From contig OZ316891.1 of assembly GCA_973895155.1 (NCBI GenBank), forward strand, positions 18,935,048 to 18,999,047: DNA of 64,000 bases, given 5' to 3'. The stretch's first letter is position 1. Each line of letters begins with the position of its first letter. Below the pieces are notes generated by a model. That model saw only the letters and a list, made by a program, of their open reading frames with translations. It did not search any database and was not told the origin of the DNA. Source of the DNA: Marsupella aquatica. Lineage: Eukaryota; Plantae; Marchantiophyta. Positions 27,831-41,300 of the stretch are shown in pieces. Both the position numbers and the translations under genes were made by a program.

Positions 27831-29162
27831 ATGGAGATGCTAGGGAGGGGGCAGAAGCAATTCTTTGCGGACGCGGGAGATGGAGCGATGGCGAATTTGC
27901 ACCAAGAGCTTATGGAGATGAAGAGGTCCACGAAGCGCTGCCAACGAATTCTGTCCGGATTGCTCGTGGTCTTCGGCATCATATTGCTAGTGCTGCTTAT
28001 CTTGGTGGCGGTCGGCGCCCGTAGGATCCATCACCTGAGACAGAGGGAAGGCCTGCTGCCCTACCCGAACGTGACGTTCGCCAGCTATTCGGGAGACCAA
28101 AGCGTCAACGGACTCACTTATGGCGGAAGTCTCTTTCGCGGGAGCGGCTTCTGGTCGCCGAGGCAGTCTCTCCCAGGGAAATTGACCGATCATGCGGCAA
28201 TTGCAGTCGGCGAAACGGTGTACATCATCGGGGGAGCTGACGTTAATGGAAATATCACCGCTCAAGTTTGGCTTTACGATACCATCTTACATACGTACAC
28301 ACCAATGGCGACCATGCTTACGCCCCGAGACCGCTTTGGCGCTGCTCTAGACACAATCGGCAACAAAATTTATGTGGTAGGCGGAAGAGTGACTGACTTG
28401 GCAAACGATCCTGTCTCAGGTTGCGTGTCCACAACCGCCATATATGACATTGCCGCAAACACATGGACGACCGGAACAGATATTCTGTCTCCTGGAAGTG
28501 ATCAATGCGCGGTCTATCTCGAAGGCAAAATCTACCTCACCGGCGGATACTCTCCAGATTACTCACTATATCTAAGCAAGCTTCAGATCTACGACATTGC
28601 TTCCGATGCATGGTCGTACGGACCGGATATGCCTACACCTCGGGGCGATCTCATGTGCATAGATTTTGACGGAGAAATGTATGCTGTGGGAGGGTATGTG
28701 AACAATGGTAGTACTGACAACAACGCTTTCTCATCCGCAGTCGAGTCGTTTAATCCGAACACAACAATTTGGACCACTCAGCCACCACTTCTTACACCGC
28801 GGGGAGACGGGGCGATCACGGTGTTACCTGGAAACAGGCTGATGATGGTCGGAGGGGAAGGTCACTACAACAACCTGCTGGATTACAAGTATCCAAAGCA
28901 CACGAACGAGATTTACTACGCTGCAGACAAGACCTGGGTCGAGAAGGCCATGATCCCCACGGCTCGCTTCAGGACTGCTGCGGCGACTGTCGGAGGGCTG
29001 GCCTATGTGTTCGGTGGAGCTGATGTTTGCGTCAATATCACCACATGCCCGGCTCAGGCTGTGGCAGAAGTCTACTTAGACGTCGACCATCCGCACGTCT
29101 ATATCTATCTCAAGAACGATGCCTACAACGACAACGCTGCACTGACCACTTTTCCTGTATAG
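27831..29162 (+). CDS. Intronless kelch-repeat beta-propeller protein with N-terminal transmembrane anchor (443 aa)
   Basis: Six kelch GG motifs (YIIGG, YVVGG, YLTGG, YAVGG, MMVGG, YVFGG), most followed by YD/FN..W..[MP]..R patterns. One hydrophobic helix, ILSGLLVVFGIILLVLLILVAVGA, near the N-terminus. Confidence 0.88.
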   Translation: MEMLGRGQKQFFADAGDGAMANLHQELMEMKRSTKRCQRILSGLLVVFGIILLVLLILVAVGARRIHHLRQREGLLPYPNVTFASYSGDQSVNGLTYGGSLFRGSGFWSPRQSLPGKLTDHAAIAVGETVYIIGGADVNGNITAQVWLYDTILHTYTPMATMLTPRDRFGAALDTIGNKIYVVGGRVTDLANDPVSGCVSTTAIYDIAANTWTTGTDILSPGSDQCAVYLEGKIYLTGGYSPDYSLYLSKLQIYDIASDAWSYGPDMPTPRGDLMCIDFDGEMYAVGGYVNNGSTDNNAFSSAVESFNPNTTIWTTQPPLLTPRGDGAITVLPGNRLMMVGGEGHYNNLLDYKYPKHTNEIYYAADKTWVEKAMIPTARFRTAAATVGGLAYVFGGADVCVNITTCPAQAVAEVYLDVDHPHVYIYLKNDAYNDNAALTTFPV

Positions 29163-29166
29163 CTAT

Positions 29167-29640
29167 AGAAACGGTGAAAGAAGTGGTGGTGAGTGGTCCA
29201 AAGTGTTGTGTTTTTACAAACCTGGTACTGAACTCACAGTATTCATCGTCTCCTCTCCCTCGAGCTGGATCTGCTTCTGATGTCGCTTGATTCGCACCTC
29301 CATTGACGAAACGGTTTTGAAAGTGGAAGTCGTCACTTCGCTTTTACTTGTGAACGGTTGTATCACATCATCATACTTTACGGTGAAGGTGGGATATACA
29401 GAAATGGTGAGAAAGTGGCGGAGAGTGGTCCAAATTGTTCTGTTTTTTCGATCTGGTACCGAACTTTCCGTATGCATCATCTCCTCTCCCTCTCTCTCTC
29501 TCGATTCGCCTTTGATATCGCTTGATTCGCACCTAGATTCACTGAAGGGTTCCGAAAGTTTAAGTCGTCACTTCACTTTTTCTGGTGAACGTTTGTATCA
29601 TAAACTACTCTTTACTTTCCAAGAAGGGAAATCAGAACAA
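29167..29640 (+). repeat. ~234 bp tandem duplication immediately after the kelch stop codon
   Basis: GAGTGGTCCAAA, TCTCCTCTCCCTC, TCGCTTGATTCGCACCT and AGTCGTCACTTC each occur twice about 233-237 bp apart. Confidence 0.8.
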
Positions 29641-32600
29641 GAATTTTGCGCCTATGTTCCGAGCTGAGTATCATATCGTTATCTTACTACTCTTTACTTC
29701 AAAAGAAGGGAATTAGAAAGAGCAAGAAGTTTGCGTCGATGTTCCGACCTGAGTGTGACCATTGTAACGATCAAGAAGGGCTTTCCAAGGGTTTGTACTA
29801 CCGAGATTGAATTTGGTTTTGACGTCAGTCGTCTGTCCACTGCCAGCCGACTGTAGCAATGTTTGCTTCGAAGTTCGAACGTGAACCTACAGTAGAGTAC
29901 ACCTTCCGTAAGTGCAACGAGCCTCAATATGGCGTCTCAAAGCTTTCCCTAAGTGCAACCTATAGGGTAATGGGGTAATGACGGATAAAGCTTTCCCTAA
30001 GTGCAACCTATAGGAGTAATGGCGGATTGGTCTGGGTTACTAATCTGCAACCATGTGACCAAAAAGTGAGGAAATGTTGATCCGCGCAGGCCGGAAAGTC
30101 AGAAAGGTTTTATGAGCTTTGTGGAAACAGGTTTCAAAGAGTAACCCCAACCCAATTAGTCATTATCATACATAATACCTGCCCGGAAATAGATTATGGG
30201 GCAAGACTTTCTGGACACATGGTTATGGAAATGGTGGCACCTAGTAGAAAAGGTTACACACTGATAACCTTTCATCCCGACAAGAATTACAAGCTTCAAT
30301 ATGGCATCTCAAAGCTTGGAAATGAGTGATGATGACATTCACTCATAGCTTTTTACTAGTTTACCCACCAAACTAAGCCTTATTATGAAAGTGCCCCTAA
30401 TCTGTTTTTATTCTTACTAGGGGAGAGGACAATAATAGTGTCACCAAATTATATTACTTATTCACATTCTTTGACATTTAATGAACTGATTAAAAAAACC
30501 ATTATGCATGTCATCATTTTAATAGTCATATTCAATAATCATACATAACATACCATACTCCTTTCTACACATATATGATGGTGGGGTCATAGAGCACCTT
30601 TTTTGAATGTAAATAGAAATCATAACAAAAAACATGGGGCATGATTATCATGTGACATACATCATGGCCATGAGTTTCCCCATCCACTTGGTGGGCCATG
30701 GAACTACAGTCTAGAGGCTTCAACCTAGAAGTCTAGGTCCCAACTCTAGCTTGTAGTTGGTACTTTATAACTTCTAAGATACTGCCCCCTGCCCCCTAAA
30801 CATTAGATGGGTTTATGTAACCCGTATTCCCACTCAGGCCACAATCTCATTGGCTCTCCCCATCCCGAGGTGGGTTAGCCTAACCCACCATTCGTCACTC
30901 TTTGCCGCCCCCTCCCTTCGAGATCCCGTGACCCTGCAGCCCTGACCCAAAAGGCCCTACCTTGCTGCCCAACTATAAACCTTCCTACCCTCATATTTCT
31001 TTGAAAAACAAACATCAACTCTGCACTTTTAGGACGTCCCAGGCTGCAAAGCACATCATTGACCTACTTTGAAAGCACATCGACCTCAAGGTTCACCATT
31101 TCAGATCACCGTTTCTACTCGTGATGACCATTTCCGCTTGTGATTTTTGCTCATCATGGGGCTCGCAAATGGTAAGAGCACCTGATCTCAATGCCTAGTA
31201 CTTTTTCTGGTTTTCTCTGTCCCTACATTCAATCTGCAATTTCATTTGTCGAATGCTCTGGTTCAATGGCATCTCTAGTGCTTTGCTCAACAAAATCTCT
31301 ATTCTTTTGCATCTCACTTTTGTGCTGTCTGTTTGTCCTATGATTGTGCTTTGTTGCAGAACAATCAAACATTGTTGGTGACTGTCCTCATGGCAAGAAC
31401 GCAAAACACCATTTGGGAGGCACTAGTAGTATGTTTTAGGGCAATTTTGGGTGTCATTGGGTTCATCTTCCGTTTTGTATCTCATGCCATGTAGATGGGC
31501 CAAGACAAGTTGCATATGTGGCTAGAGGCAAAACCTTAGCAATCTGCTCTCTCTCAATCTAGGCCCCAGTCCAGGATAACCTGTGACATGTGAGATGCAA
31601 ACAATGTTAAGTTACAGCCTCGGTTACAGAACTATGAAACAAAGCCTACTTTCAAGCAATTGAGCAACATGGTACACCTCAGGCAACTTCGAAAGTAGCA
31701 TTCAAGGCTCAACAACATGGGGACGACCAATGGCACCCGTGAATGTGTCTAAGAATAAGGTCTTGCCTAACGAACACAGTAAGAGCTAGCATCCTAGGCA
31801 GAAACTAGGTACTACGTTGTTGTCTGTGGCTTCACCCTAGGTATCTATGACACATGGGATGCTTGCAAACGTCAAGTCCATGGGTTCAATGGATGAATCA
31901 TGGAGCTCAACTACCCTACCACTTTGCTCCGGCGTTGCTGACTCCAACGCCGAGCTCCTCTATGGTCCAGGCCTCCGGAACGGCCAGCCGGTGGGGACTA
32001 AGTATGGGGAGACTTGTGGACAATGATGCATTGCATTAACAAAGGCAACACGCTGAGCTACTTGGCTACTGTTTCAGCAGGATTTGGCAAGCGAGCAAAT
32101 TAGCCCCCGCAAACCTTAGGAACCAAAGGCACCCCCCAAACCTGGCTAAGCTCAAGTTGATGTAGTTCTCCTTGAGAACTTTCCAACGCATCCTTGAGAA
32201 CTTTTCAACGCATCCAAGAAGTCATTGTTGAGAAGTTATTATCATTTCCATTTGACGTTTCCCTTTAGTGACACTATCTCTAAGTCTTCTTAATGTTTCT
32301 TTGTACGCACTATGTAATTTTACACTAGTGCAATCTTCAAGTTTGTTGCATTCATCGAATCAAATGAACTGAATTAAACTGTCATTGTCCTTTGCAGTGC
32401 TTCCTGTTAACAATGTCACATCCAATTGAGAGAGTGTACCAAACAGAATTGAAGGTAAGAAGAATGTGTGGAAGTTGGCCACTTTAAGAAATTAGTTGTG
32501 GATGAGTGAGTTCACAACGAGAGGCTATTGGTCACTGACATTTCCTGCAAGATTCAGCTCTGGCTTGGGTCCAAGAATGAACATGGGTTATGTAAACCAG

Positions 32601-35392
32601 TCTACTCTTTAGGGGGCAGTATAACAATAGAAACAGATTGGGGATTGGGGGCAGTTTGGTATTAATAAGGCTCAGTTTGGGGGAATAACCTAGTAAAAAG
32701 TTGTTCACCCATAAATGAATGGTCATAATGTTTTGAGAAGGTTATGTAGAAGGTTTTGTTTTGTTTTGTTTTCACCAGCCTCTATAGTGACAAATGGTAA
32801 TGACATATGACCAATCCTTATGGAAAAAAGTTATGGACTCTGAATTTGGTCCATACATTGCCCACAAACACCCCATAGGAAGTGACTGTCGCACTTGTTC
32901 TTCCAAGGCTAACACTCGTAGACTCATCTCCACCTCAGCAATGGCCTGCATATACATACCAACCCCCAAGGTAAATGCCTCACTCGAGGTAGAAAATGAT
33001 AACTTACCCATTGTCTTGTTTCAAGCTCAACATAAAATTATTAGTAACTAAGTTGGTCAGTGAATAGAACCTCTCACAAAGTGTTGGTCTTGCCATAAAT
33101 GAAAACAAAATGTTGATGCCCTTTGCTCATCGGAGTAACTCTACGAAGCGTGCCCTTGTTTGCCCACTCTTCTATTTGTCACTGGATGACTTCCTTCAAG
33201 ATTGCCTTAATATCTCTGGGACATGCATATGGCCCTTAGCTACTAGCTTGTCCCAAACGTATCCCAATGTATTTGACTAATCAATTTCCAACTCTAGCGT
33301 CCCTCCCAATGGGTCCAACTCAACTTAGATCATTGGGGCATGACAAACTTGATCCTCAACACGAGGTGTACTTGCTTGGCTTCCCCAACATAAAGTCCCC
33401 TTGGAAGCTCAATGCAACTTGGCTGCTATTTCAGCAGGATCAACAAGATGGTTCAAATTCCCTGCAATCAGTGAGGCCAAACTCACCCAAGGGCCAAACT
33501 AAGATCATGAGGAGGTAGTACTCCTTGAGAGCTTGCCAACGAGCACAAGAAATCCCTCAATGGACTCCCGGTTGAGAACATATCACAATTTTGATATGGT
33601 CGTTCCTACGATAGCAGTTAAAATATGTGCCACAAGAGCATCACTAAAACCACAAACTTATAGTGCTAAACCTCTATATGTGTTTGTCAATAGTTGTAAT
33701 ACCCCAAATGATTACACCAGTCAATAAGTGTCGAGGGTTTAGGAGTAGTAAATGTTGCAATTGTCACTCAGAGATAGGGTGTCTAAGAACCTACACTACC
33801 CTGCCCTAGACAACTGTTTGTATCTATAGAGTAAAGTCCTATGTAGAGGGTGTTGCGTGTCATAATAGTCCAGAAAAAATAGTTTGTAGACCCTTGTTTT
33901 AATGCTTACAAGAAACTAATACATGTTCTCCCACTTGGGTAGGTGGAGCTCATTTTTCATACGTGACTCAAGCACTAAGCTTCTGACTACAAATGTAAAC
34001 CAAATAGATCTCTTTATATCTTATTATGCAAGCCTCAATGTCCTCTAGTGGCACTTCAAGCCACATTGTCAACAACGAGCAAGGTGACCTAGTGTGAAGC
34101 AATTGGCTTGATATGCAAGAGGCCTGGTCCAAAAACTGTCATCTAGTGGCACTTCAAGGCAAACATTTTCAACAACGAGCAAGGTGAGCTAGTCAAGCTC
34201 ATGAACAACCAGCAAGGTGACCTAGAGTCAAGCAATTGGCTCGATACGCAAGAGGCTTTGGTCCAAAAACAATGATGTAACTATCAAGTAAATTCTGTCA
34301 TGAATGTAGGTTACTTGCATGTAAACATTTTGGGAGACACTTGATATCCCCATAAGTTGTTGCCGGGAAGTAACCTTTTTCCAGACAGAAATTACATATT
34401 ATGAAGGAGGTCTATTATGGGATTCTAGCCTGAACCCTCCTCCAAGAAAGCTCAGAAAACCTTCTCTGCTGGGTCAGGGTTATTTTACTTTCTGGGGAGA
34501 GGATTACATGCTACAGTAGTAACCCCACACCAGACCTCTTTATCCCATAAGTATTTTGCGTTGGGCCGTTGGTAGCACTTGAATGAGAAAATCATGCCCA
34601 CACACAACAGTGTAATACCCGTTTGAAAACACTGGTGCTAGTCACCACCACCCGTACGACGGACTCACAGACACGAGAGCAAGGCCGTTCCCGTAACCCG
34701 GTAGCAAGCGTGCAATAATGCCGGGTAGAGGAGTTATGAGGGACAGACCGGTTGTAGAGTCCCACTACGTCTTGCTGTTGGAAGCCCGACCCGTGATTCT
34801 CTCGTTCCCCGCAATAAGCGGCAATTCGTATCGAAGTTCCCTCCCTTCCTCTTCTCCCTCTCTCTCTCTCTCTCTGTGTCTGTCTCGTCGATGTGTTGCC
34901 TGTTCCCTCCTTTCCCCTCCTCTGCTCCTTCCGAAATGTTGGGCTGCACAAGACCGACGACGACCTTGCATCTTGATTGATGGTGGTGGTGAGACGCGGA
35001 CGACGAGGATGGCGGCTTCGTTGCATTGACATGTTTTTTCGGCAATTAGTAAATGGTGGACGGAGGGAGGGAGGAGGAGGAGGAGGAGCGCGTTGGAGCA
35101 TCGGCTGTTGTTTGTGTCTATCGTCTTCTCCTCGTGGTCCGTTTATCGTGGTGTTTTGAATTATGAACGCGCTGTTGGTGCTGCTGTTGGTGGTGGTGGT
35201 GGTGGTCGGCGGTGGCTGTTCTGCTGGTGCCTGCTGGCGGCCGTCGAGGGCGACGAAGGGTTCGGCATTTGGTGTTTATGCGGCGCAATGAGATCGTGCA
35301 GTTGTTTGGTTAAGGCGGGTTGTTGTTGTTGTTGTTCCTCTTCTTGGCGCTTTCGATGAGTTTCGCTCCTGCTTGTTGTTCTGATTTGAATT

Positions 35393-38300
35393 ATGAATCA
35401 GTACCACATTTACGAGTCGATCGGGCGTGGTAAGCATTCGGTGAGTGCTTCTTCTTCTGCCTTCTGAACCCTCCGTCTCTCGTTGCTCCCCCTTGATTTC
35501 CTCTTCATCTTTGTTTCCTTGCTTTGCTTTGCTTTGCTTTCTTTTAGTTTTCTCTCTGCTTTTGGTTTGCATCTCAATGCGGTGGTAGACGAACAAATGA
35601 GCGCTCGGAGGTGGCCCTCGCATTTGAAGTTAGGCCGCATAGCTCTCAAGTGTTCGAAGCTATGATGTCACTCCGGCTGAGCACCTCGATTCCTAGGATG
35701 AATGAATGACTGTTGGTTGCCTTTCGTGGCTGAGGTGTTTGTTTCATTCGCTCGCAGACTGTCTACAAGGGGAGGAAGAAGAAATCCGTAGAGTACTACG
35801 CCATCAAGAGTGTGGAAAAGGCTCAGAAGACAAGGGTCCTTCAGGAAGTAAGTGGCACTTCCTCCCTCGCACTAGCGTTGCGATGAATGACAAAATTCTT
35901 TAAAGTGTCCGCGCGTGGAAAAGAAGCTTTGGACTTTTATGTTTAGTGTTTAAGTTTGAGATGAATGTGTGACAATGAAGGCTGCTACCTCGACGTTAGG
36001 CTGTTGATATGATGTTTCTGGCAGTAGTTTCGACCCTCAGAGCTCAATCGGTTCTTGGTCCGTGCAGGTTCGGACCCTCCATTCACTCGACCACAACAAT
36101 GTGCTCAAGTTCTATGCCTGGTACGTGCAATCACCTCGTCCACATACCATTGCACGTAAGACGAAACACGGGATCTTGCATTGATTCTCATTGGCCCTCG
36201 AGAAAGAAACACGAATGAATAGGTCTCATTTTTGAATTTGTGAATGACCGAAACTTGTACCCCTGCGAACTTGTACCCCTGCTTATACGGGTCGCTGCGG
36301 CACATCCGTTTCCACCTGGCCCATCCTTCCTCTAGATGTAAGCAATCTATATACGTATAGCGGGTAAAACAGAGACAAAGGTGGGAAACCCTTCAATGAC
36401 ATCCGCAGGGGATGATAGCTAACGGATTTTATCATCCATAACCGCATTGGTTCTCACGTGGTTTATCTTCCACTCTATGTGACGCAGTTAGAGTAGGTCG
36501 TTGACGACGAAGTACTTATCAAGGGAAGATCATATGTATTTGATCTCCACTCCTGGACGTCCTGCGGGATAAGTAAAAAAACAAATTGAGAGCCATTCGC
36601 GAATTTGTTTCTGATCTGCAGCTTTCGCGCTGTGAATGTTCTATTGTTTTTTCCAGGTATGAGACTTCTGCACATCTGTGGCTTGTCCTGGAATACTGTG
36701 TGGGTGGCGATCTGCTCACGTTACTCCGACAGGTGAGAATACCCATCACCGTTTCTTAAACATGCTTATATTTATCACCAAATCAGCATTGGAAATCCGA
36801 GAGAAGGATGAAATTGATCATGCTTGGCTGGCGCAGGAATCCCGATTGGCCTGCTGTTTGGTCCCTTTGTGTGATTTTGTCTACTGATTTCCAAGCTAAC
36901 GTTGTTGTAGACAAATCGTTAAACACTGTTACTCCGGTTACCCTGAGATACGGTGAATGAGGACCTGGTAGTGGGCGCACTGAGTTAGGTTGTGCAATCA
37001 GGCGATGGGGAGGTTCTATCGACGTGAAATGACGATGTGTTGTTGTTGATCATTTTGTGTGTAACAGGATGCACGGCTACCAGAGGAATCTATACACGAC
37101 TTTGCCAGGGACTTAGTTCAGGCTTTGCAGTAAGTGAAGTTTTCACGGCGCTTCAAAGTTTTCATGCTTTCCTTATGAGTGACCCTTGAGTTTATGTCTT
37201 CCATGGGGAATGTCTTCCATGGGGAAGGTTTTCATGCTAAATGATGAGTGACCAAGCTGCTCCTGGTGTCTTCTAATATTTTCTGCAATTAAATGAAATT
37301 GCCCAGTCCCACATTTCTAACGAGCACAAATATTGTTCAGATTTCTGCATTCCAAGGGAGTCGTTTATTGTGATCTCAAACCGTCGAACGTTTTGCTGGA
37401 CGAGAATGGCCGGCTTAAGGTACGCATTTGGTTCGAACTTCGGCAACTTGCTCTCATATTCGCTTATTCACGTGGTGACACAACTGATATTGAAAAGCGC
37501 AGCATCCAGTTCGTATATTCCGAAGTAGATAGTGTTAATTCTGCGTTTATGGATTAAGACAATCTGCATTGAGAACAATAAACTAGTGCACAGTTCAAAG
37601 CTACGACGGTCACGAAGTCCTCCTTTGCAGATAGCAGTTGAAGAATGTCTCCTCAAGCCTTCATATTTATCTGCCACTGAACTGATTCGTTCTCTCGCAG
37701 CTGTGTGATTTTGGACTCGCAAGGCGTCTCGGTGATATTGCCAAGAACTCCGTTCAACAGGTTTGTCTTCACATCTCCACATACACTTATCGTAGATGCT
37801 ACGACCTACTGTTTCCTTGTCAGAAGATGTCGGATTGTTTGGAGAATTTTTGACGTAGTAGAGACGCAGGACACGCCAAATGTGGAGTTCATGGTCATTG
37901 TCCTGGTTGGTACTGTTTTTTGTGCATTACCTTCGAAACATTCAGGGCTTCAAAACTTATATTCTCAGTAGTACAAGACCCAAAGTACTCCCAGCTCATG
38001 GAGTTTTTAGTGTAGGACCCTGTGGAGATCAGAATTTAATGAGAATCGCTGCTGTGAAGATAGCTTATGCTTTGCAAGCCGTACACACGCTTGAAAAACC
38101 AACAAAGATCCGAATTGTTTCCCCTTCGTATGTTTCCTGCCTAAATGTGGGCCCTCTTCCTTTATGTGCGATGCCATTTTCCAAGCCTTAACAGTGTTGC
38201 GGCGATTGGTGCAGCTCCCTCAAGCAAAGCGAGGTACTCCATGTTACATGGCGCCAGAACTTTTTCAGGAAGGAGGAGTCCATTCCTTTGGATCCGACCT

Positions 38301-41300
38301 CTGGGCTCTCGGTTGTGTTATGTACGAGTGCTTTGCAGGACGGCCTCCTTTCATGTCAAACAGCTTGACCCAGATGATGAATTCCATTCTGAATGATTCA
38401 CCCCCTCCTCTCCGAGGTAATCCAACCAGAGATTTCGAAAGTTTGGTGAGCAGGCTTCTTGTCAAGGACCCCGCGAAGAGAATCCAATGGGCAGAGTTAC
38501 GGGAGCATCCGTTCTGGAGACACAAATTTCTGGTTGTTCCGTTGCCTCCACAGCCTGCTCTAGCTAACTTTTTGCGGATTACGCAAAAGACCGGGTCTCC
38601 TATCCGAGATTCCAATGCAGGGAGAAATGGAACACTTAAAACAGCTCCCAGTCCAGACAAACGGATGGTTCAAGAGAGAAATTCAAAGTTGTCAGAATTT
38701 CCTGGTGCAAAGAAGACTTCTAATCACTCTGGAAACCATTTGGATGCACATTTGCGCGATGCTGGGCCAGTGGAAAATATTCCAATCTCCCGCAAAGACA
38801 TCGGAAAGAAAGCGAACGGGAGCACAACGGGTGCTTCCCCTTTAACAGAGGGATCAGGAAGGACCAATGGTGCGGTGAATGTCTTGCGGCTATCCAAAAT
38901 CGTGAAGACTAATTTGTTAAAGGAAGTCCAGGGAGAGGCGTACCGACAACCTGGCCAGAGTGCTCCCCTCACAAATGATTCTGATGTCACCATCGAGAAT
39001 CCTGATCAGGAACTTGATTTTGCCGATGGTACTGAAAGTGATGTTGTAGATGAGGAGAACGAAGAGAATTCGGAACCTGAAGCAGGCTCTGTGCATCCCC
39101 TTAGCGAGAAGCCAGAAAATGGTAACAGTCAGCCAGTGGAACCATCAACGCATTCAGTGGTGAGTAATGGGCAGGATCACGAACCACCACACAATGGAAA
39201 ATTGGAAGCAAGCAAAGCTGAGAGTCTTCGCTTAGAAGTGACAGCAACACCACCAGGAGTCGGGCTCCCAAGAAAATTGCAGAAACAGGTATCCAACGTT
39301 GGAGAGCCGAAAAGGAGCCTCGCTGGTCCTGGATCCACAGGCACAGAACCGGTCAAAGCGTCTTTAACTCTTGCGCAGGCATTGTGGCACCCGTCAGACC
39401 TCTCCGTTCGTCCCATTATGATCAATCGCCGGGCTGAGAAACCTTCCGATACTTCCGTAGATCCTAGAGCACTTCCTGTCGACGCAATTCCATCTAGTGA
39501 CTTCGTGCAACTCCCACCGGACGAGCTGGAACTGTTTCTAAAGCGGATCATGGCCAATGTGCAAGGAAGTACGTCTATTCAAGAGAAGCTGAACACTCTT
39601 AGATACGTCGAGAGCCTATGTAACAATATTGATTCGGCAAATCTGCTAATAAACGGGCCGTTGATGCCACTTCTAGTGAAGATGTTGAAGACTTCAAAGC
39701 TGCCAGGGCTTCGAGTGCAGCTGGCATCTGTGATGGGTCTTCTCGTTCGCCACGCGACACTCATTGAGGATGACTTGGCAAGCTCGGGGATAATAGCCGT
39801 TCTGACTGAAACCTTGCGGGACAAGCAGGAGAAGTTGCGACGGTGTGCCATGGCAACTCTGGGAGAACTTCTCTTCTATATTGCCACTCAGAGTGATGGC
39901 TCGCCGAAGTCGGCAGGCTCCAATGAGCATGCCTCAAAAGATGGGCGATCATCAATTTGGCAGGTATGCTACCAAGGCGTTGCAGTGCCTCCTACGCCTT
40001 GTACATTGCGCAGTTTCTCAGTCATGAAATAAGTGTGATAAAAAAATAGTCTGATAATTCTTCGGATAATTGATTTTTGGTATTATTCAAATCCATTATC
40101 TTAGCTCTTGTTGAAAATTATAGTAGCTATTCCGACCATGGTCAGAAGTGACTTTTAGCTTAGGAATCCATTTTTTCGCTGATTGTCGGAATTCTAGCTC
40201 TGACCAGGCTCCTTTTCGTGTTTCCAAGTAGGTGCCTGGCACTACCATTGCTCTCGTGGCTTCCATATTAAGAAAAGGTGAAGACGATGTAACTCAACAT
40301 TATGCTCTGAAGACCATTGAGAATATTTCCAGTCAAGGAGGAGACTGGGCATCTCGGTTTACAAGTCCTGAGGTTCTGAGCAACCTGTGCCATACCTTCA
40401 AATCTGCTGCCAAGCCTGAAAGTATTCGTGCCACTGCAGGGTCTTGTTTGGTTCGTCTGGTACGGTTTAGTCCTGCAGTGATCCCTTCGGTTCTTGACAA
40501 GTTGACCTTCAAGGATCTCGTGGCAGGATTGGCCCGGGGGAGCGCTAGAGAGCAGCAAGTTAGCCTGAATCTTCTGAATATGTCACTGGTAGGAAGCGGT
40601 GTCATCAACAACATGGGGAAATATATGCTCTCATTGTTGGAGGAGAGAACCTTGGTTCCAACTCTAATAGCCTTACTTGAGCAAGGCCTTGAAGTCCTTA
40701 GGGGAAAAGCCTTCGTTTGTGCTGGGCTCCTGTGCAAAATTAACAGACGATGGCTACCCGCCCTATGTAATGCAAAATTGATGCCTGTTGTGGAACGGGC
40801 AGCCAAGGAGAAAGACTTGTTTATTCAGCAATGCGTGGAGGCACTTTTACAAATGATTGTCAGTGTGGTTCCAGGTATTCTTGAAAGTATCTCATCTGAT
40901 GTAGCGCAGCTAGCTAGTGTCAAACGACCAGGAAATGTGACATCAGGGCGTGGGCAACCCCGGAGCTCAATTCCTCTGTTCCCCGTTGTACTGCACTTGT
41001 TCAATAGCCCAACTTTCAGAAGCCGGCTGATTAGTGAGCAAGTAATGAAGCAGCTCGTAGGTTCATTGAAACAGGTGGAAAAACTTTCATTCCAGGTAAG
41101 ATTATTCTGATCTGTGTCTTGTCCATTTCCAATTCCGCTTTTTTGACAATCCAGGTAGGAAGCCGGTCGCAGATTCTGAATCTTCATTTTATGCCTTGCT
41201 CAATCCTGAATTTTATGAGTGAAAGCTACGCCTTTTAACTCATCTACTGCCTTCCAAAAGTGTCAATCAGTGTCAATATAGCTCTCCCAGATGACCTGGC

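Noticed and set aside
34592-35665. Overlapping 60-170 aa ORFs on both strands
   Set aside because: Low-complexity leader and intron sequence of RUNKEL.
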